Source: an uncultured delta proteobacterium (GTDB lineage Bacteria; Myxococcota_A; Polyangia; Fen-1088). Taken from it: a stretch of 64,000 nucleotides of DNA. Location: contig CAWCMR010000025.1 of the NCBI GenBank assembly GCA_963796685.1, forward strand, positions 672,001-736,000, read 5' to 3'. The notes beneath the pieces were generated by a model, which did no database searches, was not told where the DNA came from, and saw only the letters and a program-made list of their open reading frames with translations. Numbering within the stretch: position 1 is the stretch's first letter; each line of letters opens with the position of its first letter. This document shows positions 19,870-29,789 of the stretch, in pieces. The position numbers and the translations under genes are program-made.

Positions 19870-21183
19870 ATGGATGTTCGTTGCGAACGCTGCCAATCGG
19901 AATACCAAGTCGAGGACGCAAAGGTCAGCGACCGCGGCACGGAAGTGCAATGCAGCGACTGCGGTCATCTATTCGTGGTCAAGCGGCCTGGTAACGCGGC
20001 GAGCCTGACGGAAGCTGGCGGCGGGAACGCGGGCGAGAACATGGGCACATGGATCGTGGAGACCACGCAGGGCAAATCGCTGCGCTTGCGCGACATGACC
20101 GCGCTGCACAAATGGATCATCGAGCGGCGGGTGAGGCGCGAAGACCGTCTTTCACGCGATGGCGCACCTTGGCAGCGTTTGGGCGACATGGGCGAGTTGA
20201 CCGTCTTTTTCGATATCGTGGATAGCGCCGAGCGGGCACGCACCGCGGACACGCCGATGCCCGCCCCTCTGCCGGCGCCGCTTGCGGTCCCGGCGCTCAC
20301 GCCACCCGTGCCCGCTCCCCAGCCCTCTTCGCCCGGCCCAAGCGGTTTCGAGTCGACCATCGTTCCCGCATCTTCGGCGCAGCCGTTGCTGGCCTCCATG
20401 AAAGCCCAGAGCAAAGCCCAGAACCGCGTGGCCACCGCGGCCCTCCCCTCTTCCTTGTACGACACGGATGCGGACGAAACCGTGATCGTCAGCCTGGAGC
20501 CTGCCAAGAAGCGTGGCTTCTTGAAGTTGGGCATCATGGTGTTGGTGGCTGGCGTGGTGGCCTGCGCGGGCATCCTTTGGCAGCACCATCGCCTCGGCTC
20601 GACTCCAAGCTCTTTCTCGACGACCAGCGAAAGCGCGAGAGCCCCTCATGCACCCGCCGTGGGGGTGCCTGCTCCCGCTCCCGTGTTGGGCCAGAAGGAC
20701 CACGCCGCCGAAGAATCAGAAGAAGAAGGGCGCGCGAAGGCGGGCAATCCGGTGGTCGGGCCTATTGGCGGCAGCGATTCGTTGGAGGACGTCCAGCTTT
20801 TGGGCAAGGGTTCGAGGCACGCCTCCGCGGTCCGGCCCGCCGCCGGCCGCAGGGCAAAGCTACCGTCCCCGGCGAGCGAGCGAGCGCATCGAAGCCGCGC
20901 GAACGCGGCCAAGCCCAACGCACCCCAGTCCCTGGCCGCTCAAGGGTACGTGGCCTTGGACCATCGTCAGCCCTCGCGCGCCATCTCGCTGTTCAAGCGG
21001 GCGTTGGCCGGCACCCCGAACAACGGCACCGCGCTCTTCGGTTTGGCCGAAGCCCATCGCGAGGCCGGCCAAAGCGCCCTCGCACTGCAGGCCTACCGCC
21101 GCTACGTCGAGCTCCTGCCCAGCGGCCCCGACGCCGGCTCCGCCCGCCACCACATCCGCGTCCTCGAAAGCAAGAGGCGCTAG
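19870..21183 (+). CDS. Zinc-ribbon (MJ0042-type), TM and TPR protein
   Basis: MDVRCERC...VQCSDCGHLF; Pro-rich linker; TM helix; C-terminal TPR ending YRRYVELLPSG. Confidence 0.85.
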   Translation: MDVRCERCQSEYQVEDAKVSDRGTEVQCSDCGHLFVVKRPGNAASLTEAGGGNAGENMGTWIVETTQGKSLRLRDMTALHKWIIERRVRREDRLSRDGAPWQRLGDMGELTVFFDIVDSAERARTADTPMPAPLPAPLAVPALTPPVPAPQPSSPGPSGFESTIVPASSAQPLLASMKAQSKAQNRVATAALPSSLYDTDADETVIVSLEPAKKRGFLKLGIMVLVAGVVACAGILWQHHRLGSTPSSFSTTSESARAPHAPAVGVPAPAPVLGQKDHAAEESEEEGRAKAGNPVVGPIGGSDSLEDVQLLGKGSRHASAVRPAAGRRAKLPSPASERAHRSRANAAKPNAPQSLAAQGYVALDHRQPSRAISLFKRALAGTPNNGTALFGLAEAHREAGQSALALQAYRRYVELLPSGPDAGSARHHIRVLESKRR

Positions 21184-21187
21184 CCGA

Positions 21188-21898
21188 TCATCCAACCGGC
21201 GTGGCGCGCGCTTGGGCGTCGATCATCATTTCTCGTGCGACCGCCTCCGCGATCTTCAGGACGAGATTGCGCATGCGCCTCCCCTTGACCTTGACCTGCA
21301 CCCCCTGCAACGCAGCCATGATCGCACCGATGCGGGCAGCGTAGCCATGCTCGCGCGTTCCTCCGTTGTAGCTTTGAAGATTCCTCTTGGTGGCAAGGAT
21401 CGCGGTTCCCACCGCGATGTTCGTCATTGGTTCCTGCAATCGTGCGACCGTGAATCCGCGTGCATGTCCATTGAGGCACTTGCAACGGTCGGAGGTTATG
21501 CAGCGAATGCCCATGAGACCGATATCGAATGCCCGTGCGCTTTCCGGCCACGCACGATCGTGGCGCGTGGAATGTGATTTGCCTGATTTGCCGTGGACGT
21601 TCCCACCCGGTCGTCGAGTGGGACGGGCCTCGGCCGAAATCACCCTGGGCCGAAGATCGGATTCATTAATGGCGATGGCCATCGTAAGGAGTGGATTCGG
21701 CGCGCGGTTGAACGCGTCCGCCAGGCGCTCGCAAGTGGCTCTCGACCACGCACCTTCGCGCCAACGAATGGCATTCTGCACCGTGCAAACAAGCCCTGCA
21801 GTGACTGTCTGGGGCCTCGCGACGCCGACAGCCTGGAGCTGGGCAGCATGCTGGGTGTAGGGAAGCAACCAAGCAAGGAAGAGAAGATTTGGATTCAT
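21188..21898 (-). CDS. Putative lytic transglycosylase (SLT/lysozyme-like)
   Basis: AIAINES (candidate catalytic Glu), DIGLMGI, EPMTNIAVG, SYNGG and YAARI in SLT order; signal-like N-terminus. Confidence 0.65.
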   Translation of the reverse strand: MNPNLLFLAWLLPYTQHAAQLQAVGVARPQTVTAGLVCTVQNAIRWREGAWSRATCERLADAFNRAPNPLLTMAIAINESDLRPRVISAEARPTRRPGGNVHGKSGKSHSTRHDRAWPESARAFDIGLMGIRCITSDRCKCLNGHARGFTVARLQEPMTNIAVGTAILATKRNLQSYNGGTREHGYAARIGAIMAALQGVQVKVKGRRMRNLVLKIAEAVAREMMIDAQARATPVG

Positions 21899-22209
21899 CG
21901 TCTTTTTCCGGGGATTGTGTTCCACGCAGATCTCTCGACCAACCCCGTGGGTCTGCATCCGCACAGTGCAGATTCAACAATGTCAGCGAGCCACCTGCTG
22001 AATCTATTGTCTGGAATCGAGGCGACGATCCCAGGTACCTCTCGAATATGAGACGTCAGCCTCTTGGTATCCGGAAGGATGCTTGGAAACCACGAAAGGT
22101 CACATGGATGATCTTCGGGGTACCCGTTCAGGCGCCCTACCGCACGAAGCCGAACCGCTCGGCGTGGCTGTCCCGGCCCTGGCAACTCGGCGGATCGGGC
22201 GGGGCTCGT

Positions 22210-24723
22210 CTACCGCAAACACACGGCCAGCACCTGCTTGAGGTCCGTCTTGCCGGCGATGGCTTTCTCGATGCCATCTTGAAGCAGGGTCGTCATGCCA
22301 CCGGCCACGGCCTGCCTACGGATCTCCTCGACCGGAGCGCGCTTGGCCACGGCACGCTTGATGGGCTCGTCGGCAACGAGCAGCTCGTGCAGCGCGATCC
22401 GCCCCTTGTAACCGGTCTTGCTGCACATCTCGCAACCGGACGCGCGCCACAATTTGAAATCGCCCCGGTCGATCCCGCGAGAGGCCGCAGCCTCTTCGCC
22501 GAAGGCCTGAACGATCTCGGCCACCTCGTCCTTGTCCGCCACGTATTGCTCGCGGCACTTCTGGCAAAGCCCGCGCGCCAAACGCTGTGCCAGCACCCCC
22601 AGCAGGGCGTCGGCGAAGGTGAAGGGGTCGAGGCCCATATCCACCATGCGGGTGATGGTCTCGGGCGCACTGTTGGTGTGCAAGGTCGAGAACACCAAGT
22701 GACCGGTGAGCGACGCCTCCACGCCCGTGCTGGCGGTCTCCTTGTCACGCATTTCACCGACCATGATGACGTCGGGGTCGGCACGCAGGAAGGAACGCAT
22801 CGCCGCGGCGAAATCGAATCCGATCTTGGGCTGCACCTGTACCTGGCGCAGACCGGGTTGCGTGATTTCGACCGGATCCTCGGCCGTCCAGATTTTCATG
22901 TCGGTGGTGTTGATAGAGCCCAGCGCCGAGTGCAACGTGGTGGTCTTGCCCGACCCGGTCGGTCCCACGCAAAGAATCAGACCGTAGGGTTTGGCGATGA
23001 TGGCGCGCATCTCGCGCAAGTTGCGTTCGCTCATGCCCATTCCATCGAGGGGAATGGGCTTGGACGCGGCCAGGATGCGCATGACCACATCCTCGTTGCT
23101 GTTTACGGTGGGCAAGGTGGCGACGCGCAGCTCGATGGTCCGGTCGCGCATGCGGAATTTGATCTTGCCGTCCTGGGGCTTGCGCTTTTCCGAGATATCG
23201 AGGCGGGCCATGATTTTGAACCTGGCCACGAGCGGGTTGCGAAAGATCGCGGGAATCTCCTGGTAGGCAATGCAATCGCCGTCGATGCGGAAGCGGATAC
23301 GCGTGTTCTCTTCCTTGCCATAGGGTTCGATGTGAATGTCGGAGGCGCCACGCTGGAAGGCATCGATGATGACCTGGTTGGCGAGCTTGATGATGGCGCT
23401 GTCGGATTCCTCTTCCTCGCCGGCCTCGTCGTCGTCGCCCGCGTCCTCCACGGCGCCCGTGCTCTCGTCGGCGGACAGCTCTTTGATGAGGACGTTGACG
23501 TCGGACTTGAGCCCATAGGAATGCTCGATGCATGCCATGATCTCGTCGCGGAAACCGACGTGAATGGCGATCTCGCGATCGGTCTCTACCGAGCGGAGGG
23601 CATCGGCGCGCTGGATGTCGTGGGGATCGTCGATGACGACGACAAGTCGCGGCCCGCGGCGCTCGATCGGTACCGCGCCGATGCGGCGCAGGAATTCCAC
23701 GCGCAGACGCTGGCGGAGATCGTCCGGAATCGACTGCTGGGGCGTGAAGCGATAAAAGGGCACGCCATAGTAGGCGGATATGGCCTTCTCCACGTCGGTG
23801 CGGGCGATGCCGACTTTTTCGATGAGGAAGCGGCCTGGATCGATGGTCAACGACTCGGCCGAGGCCAGCGACCTGGCGAGCTGTTCGGGCTGCATGATCC
23901 CGGCCTGCACCAGATGGTCCCACTTGCTCGCGGGCCGCGACGACGGCCGTTCTTTCGTGGCATCGCGACCGGTGGCGGGTCCGGACGTCGCCGGCCGTGA
24001 GCCCACCTGCGGGGGCGGCGTGGCCGGCCGATTCGAGGTCGGGGTCGGCAACGTGGAAACGGACTCCTGCGAGGTGGAGAGACGACTGGCTGGCTCGGGG
24101 GCGAGCCTGGCAACGACCGGAACGGGCGCGGGCTCGACCGAGGTGCGCAGACCGAGCTGGGCGGCCAGGCTGCCCGCGACGACCTTGGCCACCTCGCCAG
24201 CATAGGCCACGTCCCGCGCCGGAAAGACGCTGGGCTCGTCGGTGCGATTGGCCACCAGAAGCACGCCCACTTCGTGCTCGCGGTCGAAGAGCGGCGCCAT
24301 GATCGCCGAGCGTAGGCGCAGGCCTAGCCACTGGTCGAGGCGATCGTCCGGACGCAGGCGGGGATGCAATCGCACCAGCTCGGCCAGATCCCACACATTG
24401 CGGATGCTGGCAGGCGCGCGCGCGGCCGCGGCCCAACCCACGAGGTTTGCGGGATCGCGCGGCAGGCGCAGCTCGCGTACGGAGTCGGCGACCCACGCCA
24501 CGGCCCGGAGGTGATTGTCGAGATCGGGGATGAAGACCGCCGCACGCTCCGCGGTGAAGAAGGCCGCCACGCGCTCCATTCCCTCGAAGAGCAGACTGTC
24601 GAGGGAGTCCAGCCCGGCCAGCGCGTTGCACAGTCCGGACAGCTGCGTGCGCTTCTCCGCCTGTGCGGATTCACCGCCAACCTGGCGCAACCACGTCGCG
24701 GCGTCCATGCTCCAATTCTCCAT
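22210..24723 (-). CDS. GspE/PilB-family secretion ATPase with N-terminal GAF domain
   Basis: ASDIHIEP, RKPQDGKI, GPTGSGKTTTL, TAEDPVE, RADPDVIMVGEMRD, TGHLVFSTLHTN; GAF-like N-terminus. Confidence 0.93.
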   Translation of the reverse strand: MENWSMDAATWLRQVGGESAQAEKRTQLSGLCNALAGLDSLDSLLFEGMERVAAFFTAERAAVFIPDLDNHLRAVAWVADSVRELRLPRDPANLVGWAAAARAPASIRNVWDLAELVRLHPRLRPDDRLDQWLGLRLRSAIMAPLFDREHEVGVLLVANRTDEPSVFPARDVAYAGEVAKVVAGSLAAQLGLRTSVEPAPVPVVARLAPEPASRLSTSQESVSTLPTPTSNRPATPPPQVGSRPATSGPATGRDATKERPSSRPASKWDHLVQAGIMQPEQLARSLASAESLTIDPGRFLIEKVGIARTDVEKAISAYYGVPFYRFTPQQSIPDDLRQRLRVEFLRRIGAVPIERRGPRLVVVIDDPHDIQRADALRSVETDREIAIHVGFRDEIMACIEHSYGLKSDVNVLIKELSADESTGAVEDAGDDDEAGEEEESDSAIIKLANQVIIDAFQRGASDIHIEPYGKEENTRIRFRIDGDCIAYQEIPAIFRNPLVARFKIMARLDISEKRKPQDGKIKFRMRDRTIELRVATLPTVNSNEDVVMRILAASKPIPLDGMGMSERNLREMRAIIAKPYGLILCVGPTGSGKTTTLHSALGSINTTDMKIWTAEDPVEITQPGLRQVQVQPKIGFDFAAAMRSFLRADPDVIMVGEMRDKETASTGVEASLTGHLVFSTLHTNSAPETITRMVDMGLDPFTFADALLGVLAQRLARGLCQKCREQYVADKDEVAEIVQAFGEEAAASRGIDRGDFKLWRASGCEMCSKTGYKGRIALHELLVADEPIKRAVAKRAPVEEIRRQAVAGGMTTLLQDGIEKAIAGKTDLKQVLAVCLR

Positions 24724-24894
24724 CGGTAACCTGAGGGTGAAACTGAAGGCCGCGTCGTTAGCGCATATGCAACAACCATCTGACGCAGGCCTACACTGGC
24801 AAGCCGGCGTAGGTTTTCCCTCGCATGCGTTGTCCCGCGACCACGGCCCGTTGTAGACTTCCCCGCCACTCCGGGTGAAAGGGAGCCACGGCCG

Positions 24895-26127
24895 ATGTCA
24901 GGAGAGACCATACTCGTCGTCGACGACAGCCCGACCATTTGCAAGCTCGTGGAGCTGTCGTTGACCAAGGCCGGCTTCCGCGTGGAAACCGCACGCACCG
25001 GGGAAGGCGGTATCGAGGCCGCGCAAGCCCACCCACCGGACCTCATCTTGCTCGACTTCCTGCTGCCGGACTTGAAAGGCGACGACGTGTGCCGCGCCAT
25101 CTCGGCCAACATGACCCTGGAAAAGATACCCGTGGTCGTGATGAGCGCCAAAGGCGAGGACATCGGCGAGTGCTTCGCGGTCATGACCAACGTCAAGAAC
25201 ATCATCTCGAAGCCTTTCTCGCCCGAGGCTCTCTTGGCAGTGGTCGGCCACACCCTGGAGAAGGTCGTCAAGAAACCGGATTCGTCCGAGGTCGAGACCG
25301 GTTCGGACAGCCGCATCGATCTGGCGACGTTGATCCCGGGGGAAGCCAAGGACGAGAGCCCGCCGCGCGCGCAACCGGATTTTGCCGCCGCCCTGGCCGG
25401 CGATCTCGCCATCGTTTCCGTCGCCGACGTGCTCCTCCTGCTGCAAGACCGCGGCTACACCGGCAGTGTGAATCTTTCGCACGGCCGTGCCCGCATGGAC
25501 ATCTACCTTGGCCAAGGTCGCGTGGACTTCGCCGGCGCCCAGGGTGTCGCCGAAGAATTCCTGCTCGGTCGCTTCCTGGTCAGCGGCGGGCACTTGGCGC
25601 CGGAGACGCTGGCGCAGGTCATCGAGGACAGGCGGCGCGACGGCAACACGCAGCTCCTGGGCGCCTACCTGTGCTCGCGCGGGCTGCTCGCGACCATGGG
25701 CTTGCGCAAGGCCATGGCCAAACAGACTGCGGCGCTGGTCTTCGAAAGCCTGCGCTGGGGCAGCGGCCGGTTCGCCTTCCGCCCCTTGACCGATCTGCCC
25801 GCGCAAGCGCGCGAAGCCGCCCTGTCGCTGCCGGTGGACGGCCTGATTCTCGAGGGCTTGCGCCGCGTGGAGGAATGGCGGGTCATCGAGCAGGAGATCG
25901 GCGACTTCGACATGACCTTCGTTCGTAACGAAGACAAGCTGGCGAGCTTCGGCCGCGGGCAACTGCTGCGCGAGGAAGCTGCCATCGCCGATCTGGTCAA
26001 CGGCCGCAACACCGTCCGCGACGTCATCCAGATTTCGAAACTGGGATCCTACGACGTCACCCAAGTGCTGTTCCGCCTGCTGCGTAGCAAGCTCATTCGC
26101 CGTCGGGTAGCGCCCATGGTCGTGTGA
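24895..26127 (+). CDS. Response regulator: REC plus DUF4388 (PatA-like)
   Basis: ILVVDDS, LILLDF, KPF; then LAGDL...VADVLLLL...LRWGSGRFAF...LILEGLRRVEE. Confidence 0.9.
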   Translation: MSGETILVVDDSPTICKLVELSLTKAGFRVETARTGEGGIEAAQAHPPDLILLDFLLPDLKGDDVCRAISANMTLEKIPVVVMSAKGEDIGECFAVMTNVKNIISKPFSPEALLAVVGHTLEKVVKKPDSSEVETGSDSRIDLATLIPGEAKDESPPRAQPDFAAALAGDLAIVSVADVLLLLQDRGYTGSVNLSHGRARMDIYLGQGRVDFAGAQGVAEEFLLGRFLVSGGHLAPETLAQVIEDRRRDGNTQLLGAYLCSRGLLATMGLRKAMAKQTAALVFESLRWGSGRFAFRPLTDLPAQAREAALSLPVDGLILEGLRRVEEWRVIEQEIGDFDMTFVRNEDKLASFGRGQLLREEAAIADLVNGRNTVRDVIQISKLGSYDVTQVLFRLLRSKLIRRRVAPMVV

Positions 26128-26131
26128 CCCG

Positions 26132-26620
26132 ATGGCGATGGCTGCCCCCCTCGACGTGGTCTTTTTCGAGCTGCGCGGCTTGCGTTGCGCGCTCCCGCTG
26201 GGGGTCGTGCGCAAGGTGCTGCCCATGCGTGGTGTGACGCCCGTGCCGCTGGCCCCGGCCGTGGTGCGCGGGATTGCCCCGTTGCAGGGGTTCATCATGC
26301 CCGTGCTGGATCTCGCCGTGTGCTTTCAGCCCGCTGGCGACGAAATGGCCGAAGGTTCGGCCTATCGTTTTCCCAAGGACAAGCTGCTGCTCGTCGAGAC
26401 CGCGCCGGATGCGGGCCGGGAGGCCGTGCGCGTGGCCCTCGCCGTCGAACGCGTGGTGAGCATCGGCACCGTGGACGAGCAGCACAGCCGCGTCCCGCCG
26501 CCGCGTCCGACATTCCTATCGGCCACCGTGCTCGACGCCAACGGCCCGGCGCTCCTGCTCGACATGGAGCGCACCATCGATTATGTGCGCGATGCCATCA
26601 GCGCGGTCATTGAATCATGA
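26132..26620 (+). CDS. cheW: CheW-like coupling protein
   Basis: TPVPLAP.VVRGI...IMPVLDL; lies between the response regulator and the MCP. Confidence 0.85.
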   Translation: MAMAAPLDVVFFELRGLRCALPLGVVRKVLPMRGVTPVPLAPAVVRGIAPLQGFIMPVLDLAVCFQPAGDEMAEGSAYRFPKDKLLLVETAPDAGREAVRVALAVERVVSIGTVDEQHSRVPPPRPTFLSATVLDANGPALLLDMERTIDYVRDAISAVIES

Positions 26621-27441
26621 ACGAAAACGAAGAACTCAAGGAATTGCTCGCGACCCTGCGAGCGGCGGAGCAAGGCGATCTCACCGTCCGGGTCAAGCCG
26701 GGCACGGGCGCTCTTGGTGACATCGCGCAAGCGATCAACGGTCTTCTGACCAGCTTGGAAGCGCGGGCCATGCGGATTTCGTTCGCGTCGACCTCGATCA
26801 TGCTGTCGGCGGAGGCCGCGGGCGACGCCCTGCCCGAAATCTCCGAGGGCATGTCCCGACAACAGGCTGCCGTCGCGGAGATCGCCCGCAAGCTGAAGTC
26901 GCTCGAGGCGCGTTCGGAAGAGGTCGGTCAGATCGTCGAGATGCTCGACGATGTCACCTCGGAAACCAACATCCTGTCGCTCAACGCGGCCATCGAGGCT
27001 TCGCGCGCGGGCGCGCAAGGCAAGGGCTTCGGCCTGGTGGCCGAGGAGGTGCGCAAGATGGCCGAGCGCGCGGCCACGGCCACCAAGGACATCGGCGCCT
27101 ATCTCGAAACCATCGCCACCGCCACCGGCGACGCGACCCGGGCCATCGAGAGCGTGCGCACCATTGCGGACCAACTCGCCACGCTTTCCGCGCGGGCCAA
27201 CAGCGAGGCAGGCGCGCGCGCGGAAATGCGCAGCATGCTCACCGACGCCCTTACACAGTTTCGCTTCGCCGCGCAGGGCGAGGCCGAGATCACCCGCATC
27301 CTGCACGAGCGGCGCGGTGAGCTTGCACGCGCGCTCGCGCCCTTCGCCCCCCTGCTGGCCAGCACCAGCTCGCCTCTCGGCGAGTCGTTGCGAACCGTGC
27401 TGACCGCCCTGGGTGAGAAACCGGCCGGGACGAAGGCGTAG
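26617..27441 (+). CDS. Short cytoplasmic methyl-accepting chemotaxis protein
   Basis: TNILSLNAAIEASRAG..GKGFGLVAEEVRKMAER; no TM segment. Confidence 0.9.
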   Translation: MNENEELKELLATLRAAEQGDLTVRVKPGTGALGDIAQAINGLLTSLEARAMRISFASTSIMLSAEAAGDALPEISEGMSRQQAAVAEIARKLKSLEARSEEVGQIVEMLDDVTSETNILSLNAAIEASRAGAQGKGFGLVAEEVRKMAERAATATKDIGAYLETIATATGDATRAIESVRTIADQLATLSARANSEAGARAEMRSMLTDALTQFRFAAQGEAEITRILHERRGELARALAPFAPLLASTSSPLGESLRTVLTALGEKPAGTKA

Positions 27442-27453
27442 GATCCTTCCGCC

Positions 27454-29742
27454 ATGGCGGTGAAATCCGATAATGGCGAGGGCAGCGGCGAGCATGGGGC
27501 GCTGCCCGAGTGGAACTCGGGCGAAACCGAGATGCTGCGCAGCCTCTTTCTCGAGGAAGCCGAAAAACACCTGGGTCGCATCACCGACGCGCAGAAATCG
27601 CTGGCGCGCGCATCCTCGACCACCCTCGACATTTCGCCCGACGTGGTGGACGTGCTGTTCCGCCACCTGCACACGCTCAAGGGCTCGGCCGGCTCGGTCG
27701 GCTTCGACGCCGTGGCCCGCGCAGCGCACGAGCTGGAGGAGCTGTGCATCGAGATCAGGCGTGGCCAGCTCGCGCCCACCTTCGGCATTCTCGAACGCAT
27801 CGACGAAGGCGTGGCCGAGATCCGCGCCTTGTTGAGCAGCGCACGCCTGGCCGTGCCCCCGCCTCGGCCGAGCGGTCCACCCGAGACCGCGACCGTGCCG
27901 CGCGAACCGATGGACCGCCGCCGCCCCACGGACCGCCGTGCCGTGGCGGATCGGCGCACGGGCGGCGAAGGCATGCTGCGTGTCGAGGTCGAGCGTCTGG
28001 ACGCCCTGCTCGAGAGCGTCGGCGATCTCGTGATCCTGCGCACGCGTCTAGACCGTCGCGTGCACGAGATGCGCAGCGTGCTACGCGATTTGGGCTCGAC
28101 CCGGCATGGCCTGCGCGCGGCCCAGGGCGCCCTGGCCGCCGATCTGCCCGCGCCCGCACGGCTGGAGGAGCTCGCCCGTCTGCTCGATCGGCTGGGCGAG
28201 ATCGACGTGGAGTTCACCGACGCGTTGTCGTTTCTCGACCGCACGGCACGCCGGTTGGCGGAGGACGCCGATTCCATGCGCACGACCTCGGAGTACATCG
28301 AGGAGCAGATCCGCCAGGCGCGGCTCGTCCCCCTCGAATGGGCGTTCTCGCGTCTGGGCTCGGCCCTGCGCGAGCTGGAGCGCAGCTGTCACCGGCAAGC
28401 CGACCTGACGGTGCAAGGCGGGGAGGTCGAGCTCGACAAGGCCATCGTGGATCAGCTCGTGGATCCGCTGTTGCATCTTCTGCGCAACGCCATGGCCCAT
28501 GGAATCGAACCCGCCTCCGTGCGCGCCGAGCGAGGCAAGCCGGCGCGCGGGCGCATCACCATTCGCGCGGCCCAGGAGGCGGACTTCGTGTACCTCACCT
28601 TCGAGGACGACGGAGGCGGCCTCGATCGCACGGCCATCCGCCGTGCCCTGCAGGCCTCGGGACAGCTCGACACGGGTGGCGAAGGCAGCGACGAGGATCT
28701 GACGAATGCCATCTTCGAGGCCGGTTTCTCGACGCGGGCCCAGTCGGATGCGCTGGCCGGACGCGGGATGGGCATGAACATCGTCAAGCGCGCGGTGGTG
28801 CGTATGGGCGGCGAGGTCAAGGTCGAGTCGCAGGCGGGTGCGTTCACGCGCTTCAAGCTGACCTTGCCCCTCGCTGGCGCCATCACCCAGGGGCTGCTCT
28901 TCAAGATCGGTGGGCAGGTGTACGCCGTGCCCGCGGCCCACGTCATCGAGGTCCTGCCCATCGGACACAATGTTCTTGCCAGCACGACCCCGCCGGCCTC
29001 GAACTCCAGCGGCGAGTTGCCCGCCATCGGCGGCGTCAGCGTGCCCATCCTCAGACTGCACGCCCTGCTCGGGCTGGAGCTGCCGCCCGGCCGCCACGCC
29101 GCCGCCTTGCACGTACGCTACGCCGGCCGCAACTTCCTCATCACCTGCGACAAGGTGATTGGCCCGCGCACCATCGTGGTCAGGCCGCCGGGACCGCTCA
29201 TCGGTCTGATTCCCTTCTATTCCGGCGTCACGGCCTCGGGCGCGGGCAAGGCCCAGCTTGTCCTCGATCTCGGTGCCCTGGCCGACGTGGCCTATGCCGC
29301 CGAAGTGCCCACCCCGGCCGGCCCGCGCCGCGGCCAGCCCCGCGTCCTGGTGGTCGACGATTCCCGCCTGTCCCGCGATGCCGGGGTGCGCCTGCTCGCC
29401 ACCGCTGGCTACCAATCGGTGGCCGCCGAAGACGGATGGGAAGCCTGGGAGGTCCTGAGCGAGCGCCGCTTCGACGCCGTGGTCACCGCGCTCGAGATGC
29501 CGCGGCTCGATGGCTTTCAGCTCATCGCCCGCATCCGTCGCGAAGCCACCCTGCGCGGCCTGCCCATCATCGTGCTCTCGTCGCGCACCTCGCAAGCCGT
29601 GCGCGAGCGCGCCCTGGCCGCGGGCGCCAACGTGTTTCTGCCGAAAAGCCGGCACCGCCGCAGCCTGGTCGCCGCCGTGGCCGCCTGCCTGCAAGAGCAC
29701 GAGGAGGGCGGACCGACGGCCAGCGAGGACGGACAGGGATAA
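27454..29742 (+). CDS. cheA: CheA-type kinase with C-terminal receiver-like domain
   Basis: Hpt HTLKGSA, LHLLRNAMAHGIE, EDDGGG, GFST...GRGMGM, CheW domain, VLVVDDS. Confidence 0.93.
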   Translation: MAVKSDNGEGSGEHGALPEWNSGETEMLRSLFLEEAEKHLGRITDAQKSLARASSTTLDISPDVVDVLFRHLHTLKGSAGSVGFDAVARAAHELEELCIEIRRGQLAPTFGILERIDEGVAEIRALLSSARLAVPPPRPSGPPETATVPREPMDRRRPTDRRAVADRRTGGEGMLRVEVERLDALLESVGDLVILRTRLDRRVHEMRSVLRDLGSTRHGLRAAQGALAADLPAPARLEELARLLDRLGEIDVEFTDALSFLDRTARRLAEDADSMRTTSEYIEEQIRQARLVPLEWAFSRLGSALRELERSCHRQADLTVQGGEVELDKAIVDQLVDPLLHLLRNAMAHGIEPASVRAERGKPARGRITIRAAQEADFVYLTFEDDGGGLDRTAIRRALQASGQLDTGGEGSDEDLTNAIFEAGFSTRAQSDALAGRGMGMNIVKRAVVRMGGEVKVESQAGAFTRFKLTLPLAGAITQGLLFKIGGQVYAVPAAHVIEVLPIGHNVLASTTPPASNSSGELPAIGGVSVPILRLHALLGLELPPGRHAAALHVRYAGRNFLITCDKVIGPRTIVVRPPGPLIGLIPFYSGVTASGAGKAQLVLDLGALADVAYAAEVPTPAGPRRGQPRVLVVDDSRLSRDAGVRLLATAGYQSVAAEDGWEAWEVLSERRFDAVVTALEMPRLDGFQLIARIRREATLRGLPIIVLSSRTSQAVRERALAAGANVFLPKSRHRRSLVAAVAACLQEHEEGGPTASEDGQG

Positions 29743-29789
29743 AGACTCCTCCTCGACACGACCTCGAAATCCTGACAGGCTGCTCCGTC

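Noticed and set aside
22053-22065. 13 bp inverted match to the 60 bp repeat (acgtcagcctctt)
   Set aside because: Too short to separate from chance and does not extend.
22075-22150. Possible c-di-GMP riboswitch (ggaaaccacgaaaggt)
   Set aside because: Second stem not found, and it is on the wrong strand for the downstream gene.
27510-29789. 1526 aa ORF as one giant protein
   Set aside because: The first ~760 codons overlap cheA in another frame and read as Arg/Gly-rich shadow; a signal peptide starts at 29790.
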